DNA from: Candidatus Lokiarchaeum ossiferum
GTDB taxonomy: Archaea > Asgardarchaeota > Lokiarchaeia > Sigyniarchaeales > Promethearchaeaceae
DNA length: 32,000 nt
NCBI GenBank assembly: GCA_025839675.1
Contig: CP104013.1
Location: 1,770,001-1,802,000 of the forward strand
Direction of reading: 5' to 3'
Both the position numbers and the translations under genes were made by a program. Below are positions 25,507 through 32,000 of this stretch, piece by piece; the first letter of the stretch is position 1; every line of letters begins with the position of its first letter. The notes under the pieces were generated by a model. That model had not been told where the DNA came from and ran no database searches. It worked only from the letters and a program-made list of their open reading frames with translations.

Positions 25507-26952
25507 TCAGTCATCTTGCCTATAAGCTTCTTGATATTCTTTCAAAGTATCAACACTTATATCTTCATCCCCAGATTTTACTTTCAAAAATAACATAAGG
25601 GCAATAAAACTGCTTACGAGGAAGAAGGGAAACATGGCCAAATATCTTCTATCACCAAGGAAGTTAAAAATATCCAAAATGGCTCCGGTTAAAATTGGAC
25701 TTAATGTATAAGCCGCTTGGTTGAACATATAATAATAACCCGTATATGTTCCAATTTCTCCTTCAGGAGATATTGCCCATAATACTGCGAATGTTTGAAT
25801 AATTACACCCATCCAAGGGATACTTACACAAGCAAGGAGAAGCATTGCTAGAATAAGATTAGGATTCTGATAAGATAGGGGGACATAAATGAAACTCCAA
25901 ACACCAATGGCTACCATTTGTAAAATTAAATTGCCGATAAGTGCCTTTTTTCGCCCAATTTTTTGCCCAATAATCCCATGAAGAGGAGCAGAAAGAATCA
26001 TCGGACCAGAATATGCTAATAAAACAGTACCAGCTTGCCCTTCAGTAAATCCAATATACTGAATGGCAAAACTACTAAAGAAGGTTTCTAAAGAAGCAAA
26101 ACCGAGATACATAAAAGTTACACTCAACAACATAAATGCCATATCTTTATTTTCTTTAAAGATTGTTTTAATTTCCAAATAGACATTCTTTTTTGATTGT
26201 TTTTCTTCCGTTGACAATTCTCTTTCATGAACTGTGAAATCATTTGGGTTTATTTCAATTTCATGATCTGCGAGTTTAAAGATTTTATCACCTGTAGGCG
26301 TCTCTTTAATGTAGAGCAATTGTAAAACTAGCATCGTTATCATCAGCACACCAATGATGAGAAAACCCAAATAACGGTCAAGAGACTCAGGAGGATTAGG
26401 GATCATGCTGATGAGAGGTGCAATAACAAATGCAATCACCCCACCCATATTTGACACAAATTGCTGGATACCACTCGCTTTTGATCTCACTTCATCCCGG
26501 GTATAATCTGGGAGAATAGCAATAGCAACAGATCTGAAGGAACACATAAAAATATCAAAAAGCAGGATGATTAAAATTAATCCGAATAATATCTGAATAA
26601 AAGGGATTAAAATATAACAAATTGCTGAAAGCACAGTTCCGAAGAAAATATAGGGCATCCTTCTTCCAAACTTACTTTGAGTTTTATCCGACATATTTCC
26701 AAATAAAGGTTGCAATAGGACAGCCACAATATTGTCCAAAGCCATGATTAATCCTCTTATTGTATCTTTACCTGGAAAATTGGGAAGTGCTTCATCTAGA
26801 AGTAAAGGAACTTTGAAATTGAAATAAGTCCAAGCAAGCAAAACAGTAAAAAAAGAGAACGAAATCAAGATTGTGCGGCCCATATTTAGCTTATTGGGTT
26901 GATTTGGTTTCATACGTGGTTTATAATTAGAGTAATTATTTTCCATACCCAT
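25507..26952 (-). CDS. MFS-fold transporter, glycoside-pentoside-hexuronide / sucrose-transporter (SLC45/SUT)-like
   Basis: About 12 TM helices with a central charged loop. The loop 2-3 motif MSDKTQSKFGRRMPYIFFG resembles the D-x-x-x-S-(R/K)-x-GRRRPFI signature of the GPH/SUT family. Confidence 0.75.
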   Translation of the reverse strand: MGMENNYSNYKPRMKPNQPNKLNMGRTILISFSFFTVLLAWTYFNFKVPLLLDEALPNFPGKDTIRGLIMALDNIVAVLLQPLFGNMSDKTQSKFGRRMPYIFFGTVLSAICYILIPFIQILFGLILIILLFDIFMCSFRSVAIAILPDYTRDEVRSKASGIQQFVSNMGGVIAFVIAPLISMIPNPPESLDRYLGFLIIGVLMITMLVLQLLYIKETPTGDKIFKLADHEIEINPNDFTVHERELSTEEKQSKKNVYLEIKTIFKENKDMAFMLLSVTFMYLGFASLETFFSSFAIQYIGFTEGQAGTVLLAYSGPMILSAPLHGIIGQKIGRKKALIGNLILQMVAIGVWSFIYVPLSYQNPNLILAMLLLACVSIPWMGVIIQTFAVLWAISPEGEIGTYTGYYYMFNQAAYTLSPILTGAILDIFNFLGDRRYLAMFPFFLVSSFIALMLFLKVKSGDEDISVDTLKEYQEAYRQDD

Positions 26953-27021
26953 AGGAAATTCTTGATCTATAAAAGAATATTTTAACTTTAGAAAGTGAGA
27001 ATACTGGATTTTTAGGATGGT

Positions 27022-27032
27022 AAAAAAAAAAA
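27022..27032 (-). terminator. Oligo-T tract (T11 on minus strand) after ESCRT-III paralog A
   Basis: A11 on the plus strand is T11 on the coding strand, ~22 nt downstream of the stop codon at 27054-27056. Confidence 0.45.
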
Positions 27033-27053
27033 GGCAAATTATTGGATCGATTT

Positions 27054-27710
27054 TTAATTTTTTCGACTTTCTTTGAGTTTCTTAATTTCTTCTTCAAGAT
27101 CTTCTATTTGTGCTTCAGGTTCATCAGAAATAGGAACGGAAGGTAATGCCATCACTGAATCCATACTCATTTCGGTGTCAATTTCGGCTAAAGCATTTTC
27201 CACTTCTGAATCGGACACTTCAGTCTCCGATGTCGCCCCTTCACTTTGCTCTAACTGAGAAGTAGTGGTATCCATCATCGCATCCATGCTTCCAAATCCA
27301 AGATCCATTTCTTTTAACATTTTGACCATTTCAGGCATTTTAACATTTAATTGAAGACCTTGCAAAGTGCCCACAATATCTTCTGCGACTTCATTAAATT
27401 GCCCCATTACCTTCGCTTGTTGCAATCGAAACTGAATGTTTTCAATTTTCATTCGAAAATGTTCTGTAGAATGACCCCATTTTCGGTATTGTAAGGAATT
27501 TTTCATATGAAGCTTGGAGCCAGCTATATCACCCGATTTACGAGCATCTATAGCCCGTTTTTTGGCCATTTTTTCTTGAACTTCGATTTTCCTGATTTGA
27601 CGGGCAAGACGTTTATTAAAAACTTTTATTTTAATTAGGGGGGAGGTAGTCTGTTCTTCATCACTAAACCCTCCGGAGAGCCATTCGGCAAATTTTTTCA
27701 TTGAACCCAA
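27054..27710 (-). CDS. ESCRT-III subunit, Vps2/24/46 (CHMP1-3)-like, paralog A
   Basis: 218 aa of Snf7-fold helical hairpin sequence. LQLNVKMPEMVKMLKEMD resembles CHMP2A LKLPQIQKIMMEFE. SDSEVENALAEIDTEMSMDSVMALPS resembles CHMP2A SDAVVSQVLDELGLSLTDELSNLPS. C-terminal MIM1-like helix IEDLEEEIKKLKESR. The start codon is TTG (27708-27710). Confidence 0.85.
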   Translation of the reverse strand: MGSMKKFAEWLSGGFSDEEQTTSPLIKIKVFNKRLARQIRKIEVQEKMAKKRAIDARKSGDIAGSKLHMKNSLQYRKWGHSTEHFRMKIENIQFRLQQAKVMGQFNEVAEDIVGTLQGLQLNVKMPEMVKMLKEMDLGFGSMDAMMDTTTSQLEQSEGATSETEVSDSEVENALAEIDTEMSMDSVMALPSVPISDEPEAQIEDLEEEIKKLKESRKN

Positions 27711-27734
27711 AAATTTTCACATTCCGTTATTACG

Positions 27735-27742
27735 TTATTTAA
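27735..27742 (-). promoter_or_regulatory. TATA-like core TTAAATAA for ESCRT-III paralog A
   Basis: The 8-mer TTAAATAA on the minus strand ends 24 nt upstream of start 27710. The identical 8-mer sits at mirrored spacing before paralog B. Confidence 0.4.
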
Positions 27743-27852
27743 TAAAGAAGTTGTTGGCTCCCTATTAAAGTATTTGTAGTCTTTTTGTTACTAAAATTTG
27801 GCCTCACAATCAATTATTAAGGATTGAAGCTATGTAACAGTTATATAGGATT

Positions 27853-27860
27853 TTAAATAA
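27853..27860 (+). promoter_or_regulatory. TATA-like core TTAAATAA for ESCRT-III paralog B
   Basis: The 8-mer ends 23 nt upstream of ATG 27884 and no Shine-Dalgarno is present, consistent with a leaderless or short-leader transcript. Confidence 0.4.
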
Positions 27861-27883
27861 AATACTGGAAGCATGAAAAACCC

Positions 27884-28540
27884 ATGGGTAGTATGAAAAA
27901 ATTCGCTAAATGGCTATCAGGTGACCGAAATAAGCGTGGAGTAGATCCTGTGCGTTCTACCATCACCAGCCTAAAAATATTTAATAAACGATTACAACGA
28001 CAAATACGTAAAATGGAACAGCAACAGAAACTTGCTCGAAAAAAAGCCATTGAACGGCGACAAGCAGGAGATATTCCTGGTAGTAAATTACATATGAAAA
28101 GTTCCCTTCAATTTCAAAAATGGACCCATAATACAGAAAATTTCCGTGTACGATTGGATGGAGTTCAATTCCGATTAGAACAAGCCAAAGCGATGGGAGA
28201 TTTTAGTAATGTTGCTCAAGATATAGTTTCAGCTTTAGGAGGCTTACAAATGCAAGTTAAAGCACCTCAAATTTCACAAATGTTAAGCCAATTGGATCTT
28301 GGTTTCGGGAATATGGAAGCCATGTTTTCCGAAACAAGTGAAGAGTTGGAAATGCAGGATGATGCAAGTGCAAGTGGTGTATCTGAAGATGAAGTGGAAA
28401 ATGCACTTGCCGAAGTGGACGCTGAGCTCTCAATTGGTACCCGTGAAGCCCTACCTTCAGTTCCAGGCATGGCCCCTGGTGAAGAAATCAGTGATCTTGA
28501 AAAGGAAATTCAACGTTTAAAAAATTCCCGAAATCAATAG
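27884..28540 (+). CDS. ESCRT-III subunit, Vps2/24/46 (CHMP1-3)-like, paralog B
   Basis: 218 aa, roughly half of residues identical to paralog A by eye. Shared blocks: MGSMKKFA, FNKRL, RQIRK, GSKLHMK, VQFRLEQAK, DLGFG, VENALAE, ALPSVP. C-terminal MIM1-like helix ISDLEKEIQRLKNSR. Confidence 0.85.
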   Translation: MGSMKKFAKWLSGDRNKRGVDPVRSTITSLKIFNKRLQRQIRKMEQQQKLARKKAIERRQAGDIPGSKLHMKSSLQFQKWTHNTENFRVRLDGVQFRLEQAKAMGDFSNVAQDIVSALGGLQMQVKAPQISQMLSQLDLGFGNMEAMFSETSEELEMQDDASASGVSEDEVENALAEVDAELSIGTREALPSVPGMAPGEEISDLEKEIQRLKNSRNQ

Positions 28541-28554
28541 TTTTTATTTTTTTT
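28541..28554 (+). terminator. Oligo-T tract after ESCRT-III paralog B
   Basis: TTTTTATTTTTTTT begins immediately after the TAG stop. Confidence 0.45.
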
Positions 28555-28617
28555 GCTCTAATTTCTCTAAAGGATAAAATTCTAATCATTTCAAATTTTT
28601 ATAAAGATAGGTTTACG

Positions 28618-30048
28618 ATGGAAAAATATCTTTTTATTTTGGGAAGAAATTGGCGGTTATCTCTCGCGGAAATTGATAGCTTTTTACAACAAGAAGCTTA
28701 TTTAGGAAGGATAACAGATTTTTCAGCAAATGTCGCTATCGTTGAATTCGATCACCCAAAATTTAGCAATCCAGAAAAATCTTTAGAAATAATTTCGGAA
28801 CTGATGATAAAATTAGGATCTGTTCAAAAAATTGGAAAATGTCTTGATTTTATTGAACGGGAAGTATTTGAAAATGGATTTCCCTTAAATGCCGACATCG
28901 CAGATCAACGTGCCTTAGTTTATTCAGGGCGAAGATACGTTGATAACACTTTGAAGGATATTGTTTTCGAGTTATTTCCAAAAATTAAAAATCAAAAATT
29001 TTTTATTGCCAATTCAATCTATCCTGAAGCCTTTAATGACTCCTATTACAAAGAAGTATTGGTTTCCTATTTTCTACACTATGTCAATAAATTTTTCAAC
29101 ACCCATTTACGGGAAGAAGGGGCAAAGCAAGCAATTTATTATAAATACCCCCAAAAAAATATTGAATCAGGGAACCTAAATCCACTCTTTCCCCACCATT
29201 TCTTACGATATCGTCTTTACGAACCAAATCGAGTCGAAATTCTTTATTGCATGACAGAAGAAGGAATGTATGTTGGCAAAACACTCACTGTAGTAGATAG
29301 TAATTTCCAAAAAGAAATGGACGAAGAACGTCCTTTTAAACAATTTCGGCAATCAATACCCCCAAAATTTGCAAAAACATTAATCTCCTATCTTGGAATA
29401 AAGCATCCATACAAAGGTAAAAAAATCTATGATCCATTTTGTGGATCTGGAACAATCCTCCAATTCGGTCAAATGTTGGGTCTTCAAGTGTATGGATCCG
29501 ATATCATAGAGGAACAAGTTAAGGGAACACGTCAAAATATTCAATTTGCGGCAAATTTAATGGAAACGAATCTTTCTAAGAAAAATTTGGAAGAAAATAT
29601 TCAAGTCGCTGATATTGCGAATGTTCAAGATATTTTTCCAGATAATTACTTTGATGGGATTCCAACTGAACCAGTGCTCCTTCCCTATTACAGGGAAGCT
29701 CCAAGTTATGAAGAATTGCGAGAAATTTTAGACAACGAATCAATCCCCCTTTATAACCAACTATTAAAAAAAGCGTTTCGATTATTGAAGCCTGGAGCCC
29801 GATTAGCACTTGTGGCTCCTATTATTCAAACCAAGGAAGGACAAAAAATTGGATTTCCTATTACCCAACTTGCGATGAAAATCGGATTTAAATCAATTCA
29901 ATTACTCGATACATCTCGAATTGATGAAAAAGAAAATCCCCGCTTCAAACTCCAAGGTCAAAATCAAAAAAGCATTTTTGATGCGGGATCCAAACATATT
30001 TCCCGAGAATTCTTTGTGTTTGTCAAACCACGAAAATCCAAAAAATAA
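28618..30048 (+). CDS. SAM-dependent methyltransferase, Trm11/UPF0020-like (putative RNA methylase) with enlarged N-terminal region
   Basis: Motif I DPFCGSGTIL at nt 29431-29460. Acidic residue after beta-2 (YGSDI). Post-motif LKPGARLALVAP. The N-terminus MEKYLFILGRNWRLSLAEIDSFL resembles the start of Trm11/TIGR01177 proteins. Confidence 0.65.
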   Translation: MEKYLFILGRNWRLSLAEIDSFLQQEAYLGRITDFSANVAIVEFDHPKFSNPEKSLEIISELMIKLGSVQKIGKCLDFIEREVFENGFPLNADIADQRALVYSGRRYVDNTLKDIVFELFPKIKNQKFFIANSIYPEAFNDSYYKEVLVSYFLHYVNKFFNTHLREEGAKQAIYYKYPQKNIESGNLNPLFPHHFLRYRLYEPNRVEILYCMTEEGMYVGKTLTVVDSNFQKEMDEERPFKQFRQSIPPKFAKTLISYLGIKHPYKGKKIYDPFCGSGTILQFGQMLGLQVYGSDIIEEQVKGTRQNIQFAANLMETNLSKKNLEENIQVADIANVQDIFPDNYFDGIPTEPVLLPYYREAPSYEELREILDNESIPLYNQLLKKAFRLLKPGARLALVAPIIQTKEGQKIGFPITQLAMKIGFKSIQLLDTSRIDEKENPRFKLQGQNQKSIFDAGSKHISREFFVFVKPRKSKK

Positions 30049-30053
30049 ATTTT

Positions 30054-30827
30054 TTATCTTAAATTTAAAAGCAAAGCGGTCGGAATCAACCGTTCTTTCC
30101 CTTGAACTTGGGAATCCAGAGGATGGGGTTCTGATCGAAAAGCAAAACGGGGTTCATTAATTAATTTATTCTCCACAATAAGTGTACAAGAACCGCCACC
30201 ATCGAGATTAATAGCTTCGGTCATTCCACATTTCTGAGCAAGAAGAGCCGTCTCTTCTAAGAATAGTCCATGACTCCGATCCGATCTTCCTTCCACAACT
30301 AAAAGGAAATAGTGTTTGGAGTCATATCCAAAAACAGATCGAGGATTTCGGTCAACGGTAATATCAGTATCAAAATCATATGCTTTTTCTTGAAAATCCG
30401 AGTAATCAGTTTGAATAATGTTATTATGTACTAATAATGGCCCCGCTTGTAGTACGGAATGGAATTGATCTTGATTTGATGGAGAAGCAATATATGCACC
30501 TCCATCAAAAATAAAAACACATGGACGCGATTGATTCCGAAGGGATTGAATCTCGAACTTATTAACTATTAACCAATCTAAAGGAGTTCGATTTCTCTCA
30601 GTAAGTTTATAAAACCCCCCGTTTATCGCGGCAATATTTTTAGGGTAAGAACAAACCATTTCTGAAACTTTTTGTGGAGGATTTGAGTGATGAATGCGAC
30701 ACACAATACTTAATTTCTCCACTTTGAAGAAAAATGCTTCAAATGGATATTTCTTTTCAACTTCCCCTCGAATTTTTACTAGTTGATAGTTTGGGGTGTG
30801 TAAAAGAACAGACTCGGAATATAACAT
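30054..30827 (-). CDS. Phosphodiester glycosidase family protein (NAGPA / DUF2233 domain)
   Basis: AINGGFY, PRSVFGYD...LLVVEGRSDRSHGLFLEETA and EAINLDGGGSCTL are the hallmark blocks of the NAGPA ('uncovering enzyme') domain. No N-terminal signal peptide. Confidence 0.85.
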   Translation of the reverse strand: MLYSESVLLHTPNYQLVKIRGEVEKKYPFEAFFFKVEKLSIVCRIHHSNPPQKVSEMVCSYPKNIAAINGGFYKLTERNRTPLDWLIVNKFEIQSLRNQSRPCVFIFDGGAYIASPSNQDQFHSVLQAGPLLVHNNIIQTDYSDFQEKAYDFDTDITVDRNPRSVFGYDSKHYFLLVVEGRSDRSHGLFLEETALLAQKCGMTEAINLDGGGSCTLIVENKLINEPRFAFRSEPHPLDSQVQGKERLIPTALLLNLR

Positions 30828-30857
30828 CTTATCTCATAAATCCTATATGCGGATGGT

Positions 30858-32000
30858 TTACAATATACTCCCTTGAACCAGAATTTTCTGTCGTTGATTT
30901 ACAATGGAATCCAAAAGAATGATTAATTCCGATGAAACATTCTTTTCTAAAATTAATTTAACATCTTTGATAATTGATATTTGATGTGATTCTGGTTTGA
31001 TTTTAGAAAATGAATCACCATTTTGGTGATTAAGCACAATATCTGCCACAGTAAATTCATCATTCTGAGTTTGAGATGAAGTCATGTTTAATCGTATCTG
31101 CACATCTTGTATCATTTCATTGGATAATCCTATGATTGGCATAAAATGTGGAATGGTGAGATTCTGTCCTAACGCACAATAAAGAGAATCGGTTAAACGA
31201 AAAGAAGTAAGAATTCCCTTTATCCAAAGATCTTTACTATTGAAACGCAATTCCCGATTGAAATTCACTTCTTTTCCCAAATTGTCTAATAAATACATTG
31301 TAGAATAGGCGAGTAGAATATTTTTCACAGCTTCGTCAGAAATTTGATTTAGATATTCTCCCAATGAATGAAGATCCAGTTGTAGAACGGTGATTGGTTC
31401 TGGAAGATATTTGGCGATTAACTTTATCTCTTCAATTGCACTGCTCATTGTTTTGTGTGAATTAAAAAGCTGATTCTTTTCATCAAAAAATATGATTGGG
31501 AATATGATCGACCCTCTACGCAACATCAATTGAGCAGCAACGGTATCATTAAAATCTCCTCTCCATAAAGCGATAACAGGCTTGTCAATTTCAATTGGAT
31601 TTCCCCCCCAGATAGTATTAATTTTCTTTGAAAAGAAATAAGTTGCAGCTTCTCTGACTTCAATATAGATAGTTTTTGTTGGATTTTTCATTTTGACAAA
31701 AATTTCTCGCCCTAATTTAGCAGCAGTATCTAAAACCACTTCACCCATCTCCCGTTCTATTTCAAGAGATGTTTTTGGATGTGATTTCACTCTTCGAGCT
31801 CTAATCACAAAGGAATCCCCAGATTTAATATCAGCAGTGGCGAAATCTTTAACTTTTTCAATGATAGAAGAATTTGAACAATCCACAGAAATTGCTGGTG
31901 AGAAAGAATGTAATCCAATGATATATTTGAAAATTTTTAGTGCTTTGGGCATATTTTCCAAAGAAAATTCAAAAATGAATCGCCCCCATTCCCTTTGCGC
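30858..32000 (-). CDS. ThiI-like THUMP-domain protein with degenerate PP-loop; 5' end beyond window edge
   Basis: The frame is open to nt 32000. SFVIRARRVKSHPKTSLEIEREMGEVV aligns with ThiI [27 protein letters not shown] (THUMP). The following PVIALWRGDFNDTVAAQLMLRRG aligns with ThiI [22 protein letters not shown], but SGGFDS is replaced by RGDFND (31545-31562). Confidence 0.75.
   Translation of the reverse strand, partial: AQREWGRFIFEFSLENMPKALKIFKYIIGLHSFSPAISVDCSNSSIIEKVKDFATADIKSGDSFVIRARRVKSHPKTSLEIEREMGEVVLDTAAKLGREIFVKMKNPTKTIYIEVREAATYFFSKKINTIWGGNPIEIDKPVIALWRGDFNDTVAAQLMLRRGSIIFPIIFFDEKNQLFNSHKTMSSAIEEIKLIAKYLPEPITVLQLDLHSLGEYLNQISDEAVKNILLAYSTMYLLDNLGKEVNFNRELRFNSKDLWIKGILTSFRLTDSLYCALGQNLTIPHFMPIIGLSNEMIQDVQIRLNMTSSQTQNDEFTVADIVLNHQNGDSFSKIKPESHQISIIKDVKLILEKNVSSELIILLDSIVNQRQKILVQGSIL

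Noticed and set aside
28267-28520. Alternative-frame ORFs (28267-28470 minus, 28299-28520 plus) and 27073-27258 / 27853-28050 within or around the ESCRT-III genes
   Set aside because: They overlap well-supported ESCRT-III reading frames. The paralog-to-paralog conservation is in the annotated frames only.
1-32000. CRISPR arrays, tRNA/rRNA genes, transposases/integrases, prophage or defence islands
   Set aside because: No regularly spaced direct repeats, no cloverleaf-capable GC-rich segments in intergenic regions, and no recombinase, nuclease or defence-type motifs in any ORF. The window looks like core chromosome.

Overview
AT-rich archaeal chromosomal window, about one third G+C by eye, densely coded on both strands. 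I found no rRNA, tRNA, CRISPR array or transposase/integrase. The gene content points to an Asgard (Lokiarchaeia-like) archaeon, because the window carries eukaryote-type ESCRT machinery at two separate loci. Locus 1 (9.1-12.1 kb) holds a Vps22/36-like EAP30 protein convergent with a Vps25-like gene and a vps4 gene (MIT + AAA ATPase). Locus 2 (27.0-28.5 kb) holds two head-to-head ESCRT-III paralogs, each 218 aa and CHMP1-3/Vps2-24-46-like, with MIM1-like C-termini and a mirrored promoter core. Other content: a 5'-truncated P2-like P-type ATPase with non-canonical ion-site residues; a HEAT-repeat protein; a dolichol/phytol-kinase-like membrane protein; and a zinc-ribbon coiled-coil protein. An 850-bp non-coding stretch contains a GC-rich hairpin island. 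A sugar/aldol block follows (transaldolase/FSA, beta-hydroxyacid dehydrogenase, AEC permease, fucose/arabinose-isomerase-like), along with a membrane-anchored FKBP and an SPT/Kbl-like alpha-oxoamine synthase. There is also a 1712-aa secreted subtilase with a ~250-aa Asp-His insertion, many N-glycosylation sequons and a PGF-CTERM anchor. The remaining genes are a GPH/SUT-like MFS transporter, a Trm11-like methyltransferase, a cytosolic NAGPA/DUF2233 phosphodiester glycosidase, and a ThiI-like THUMP protein whose PP-loop is degenerate (3' window edge). All calls come from by-eye motif recognition. No database search was run.
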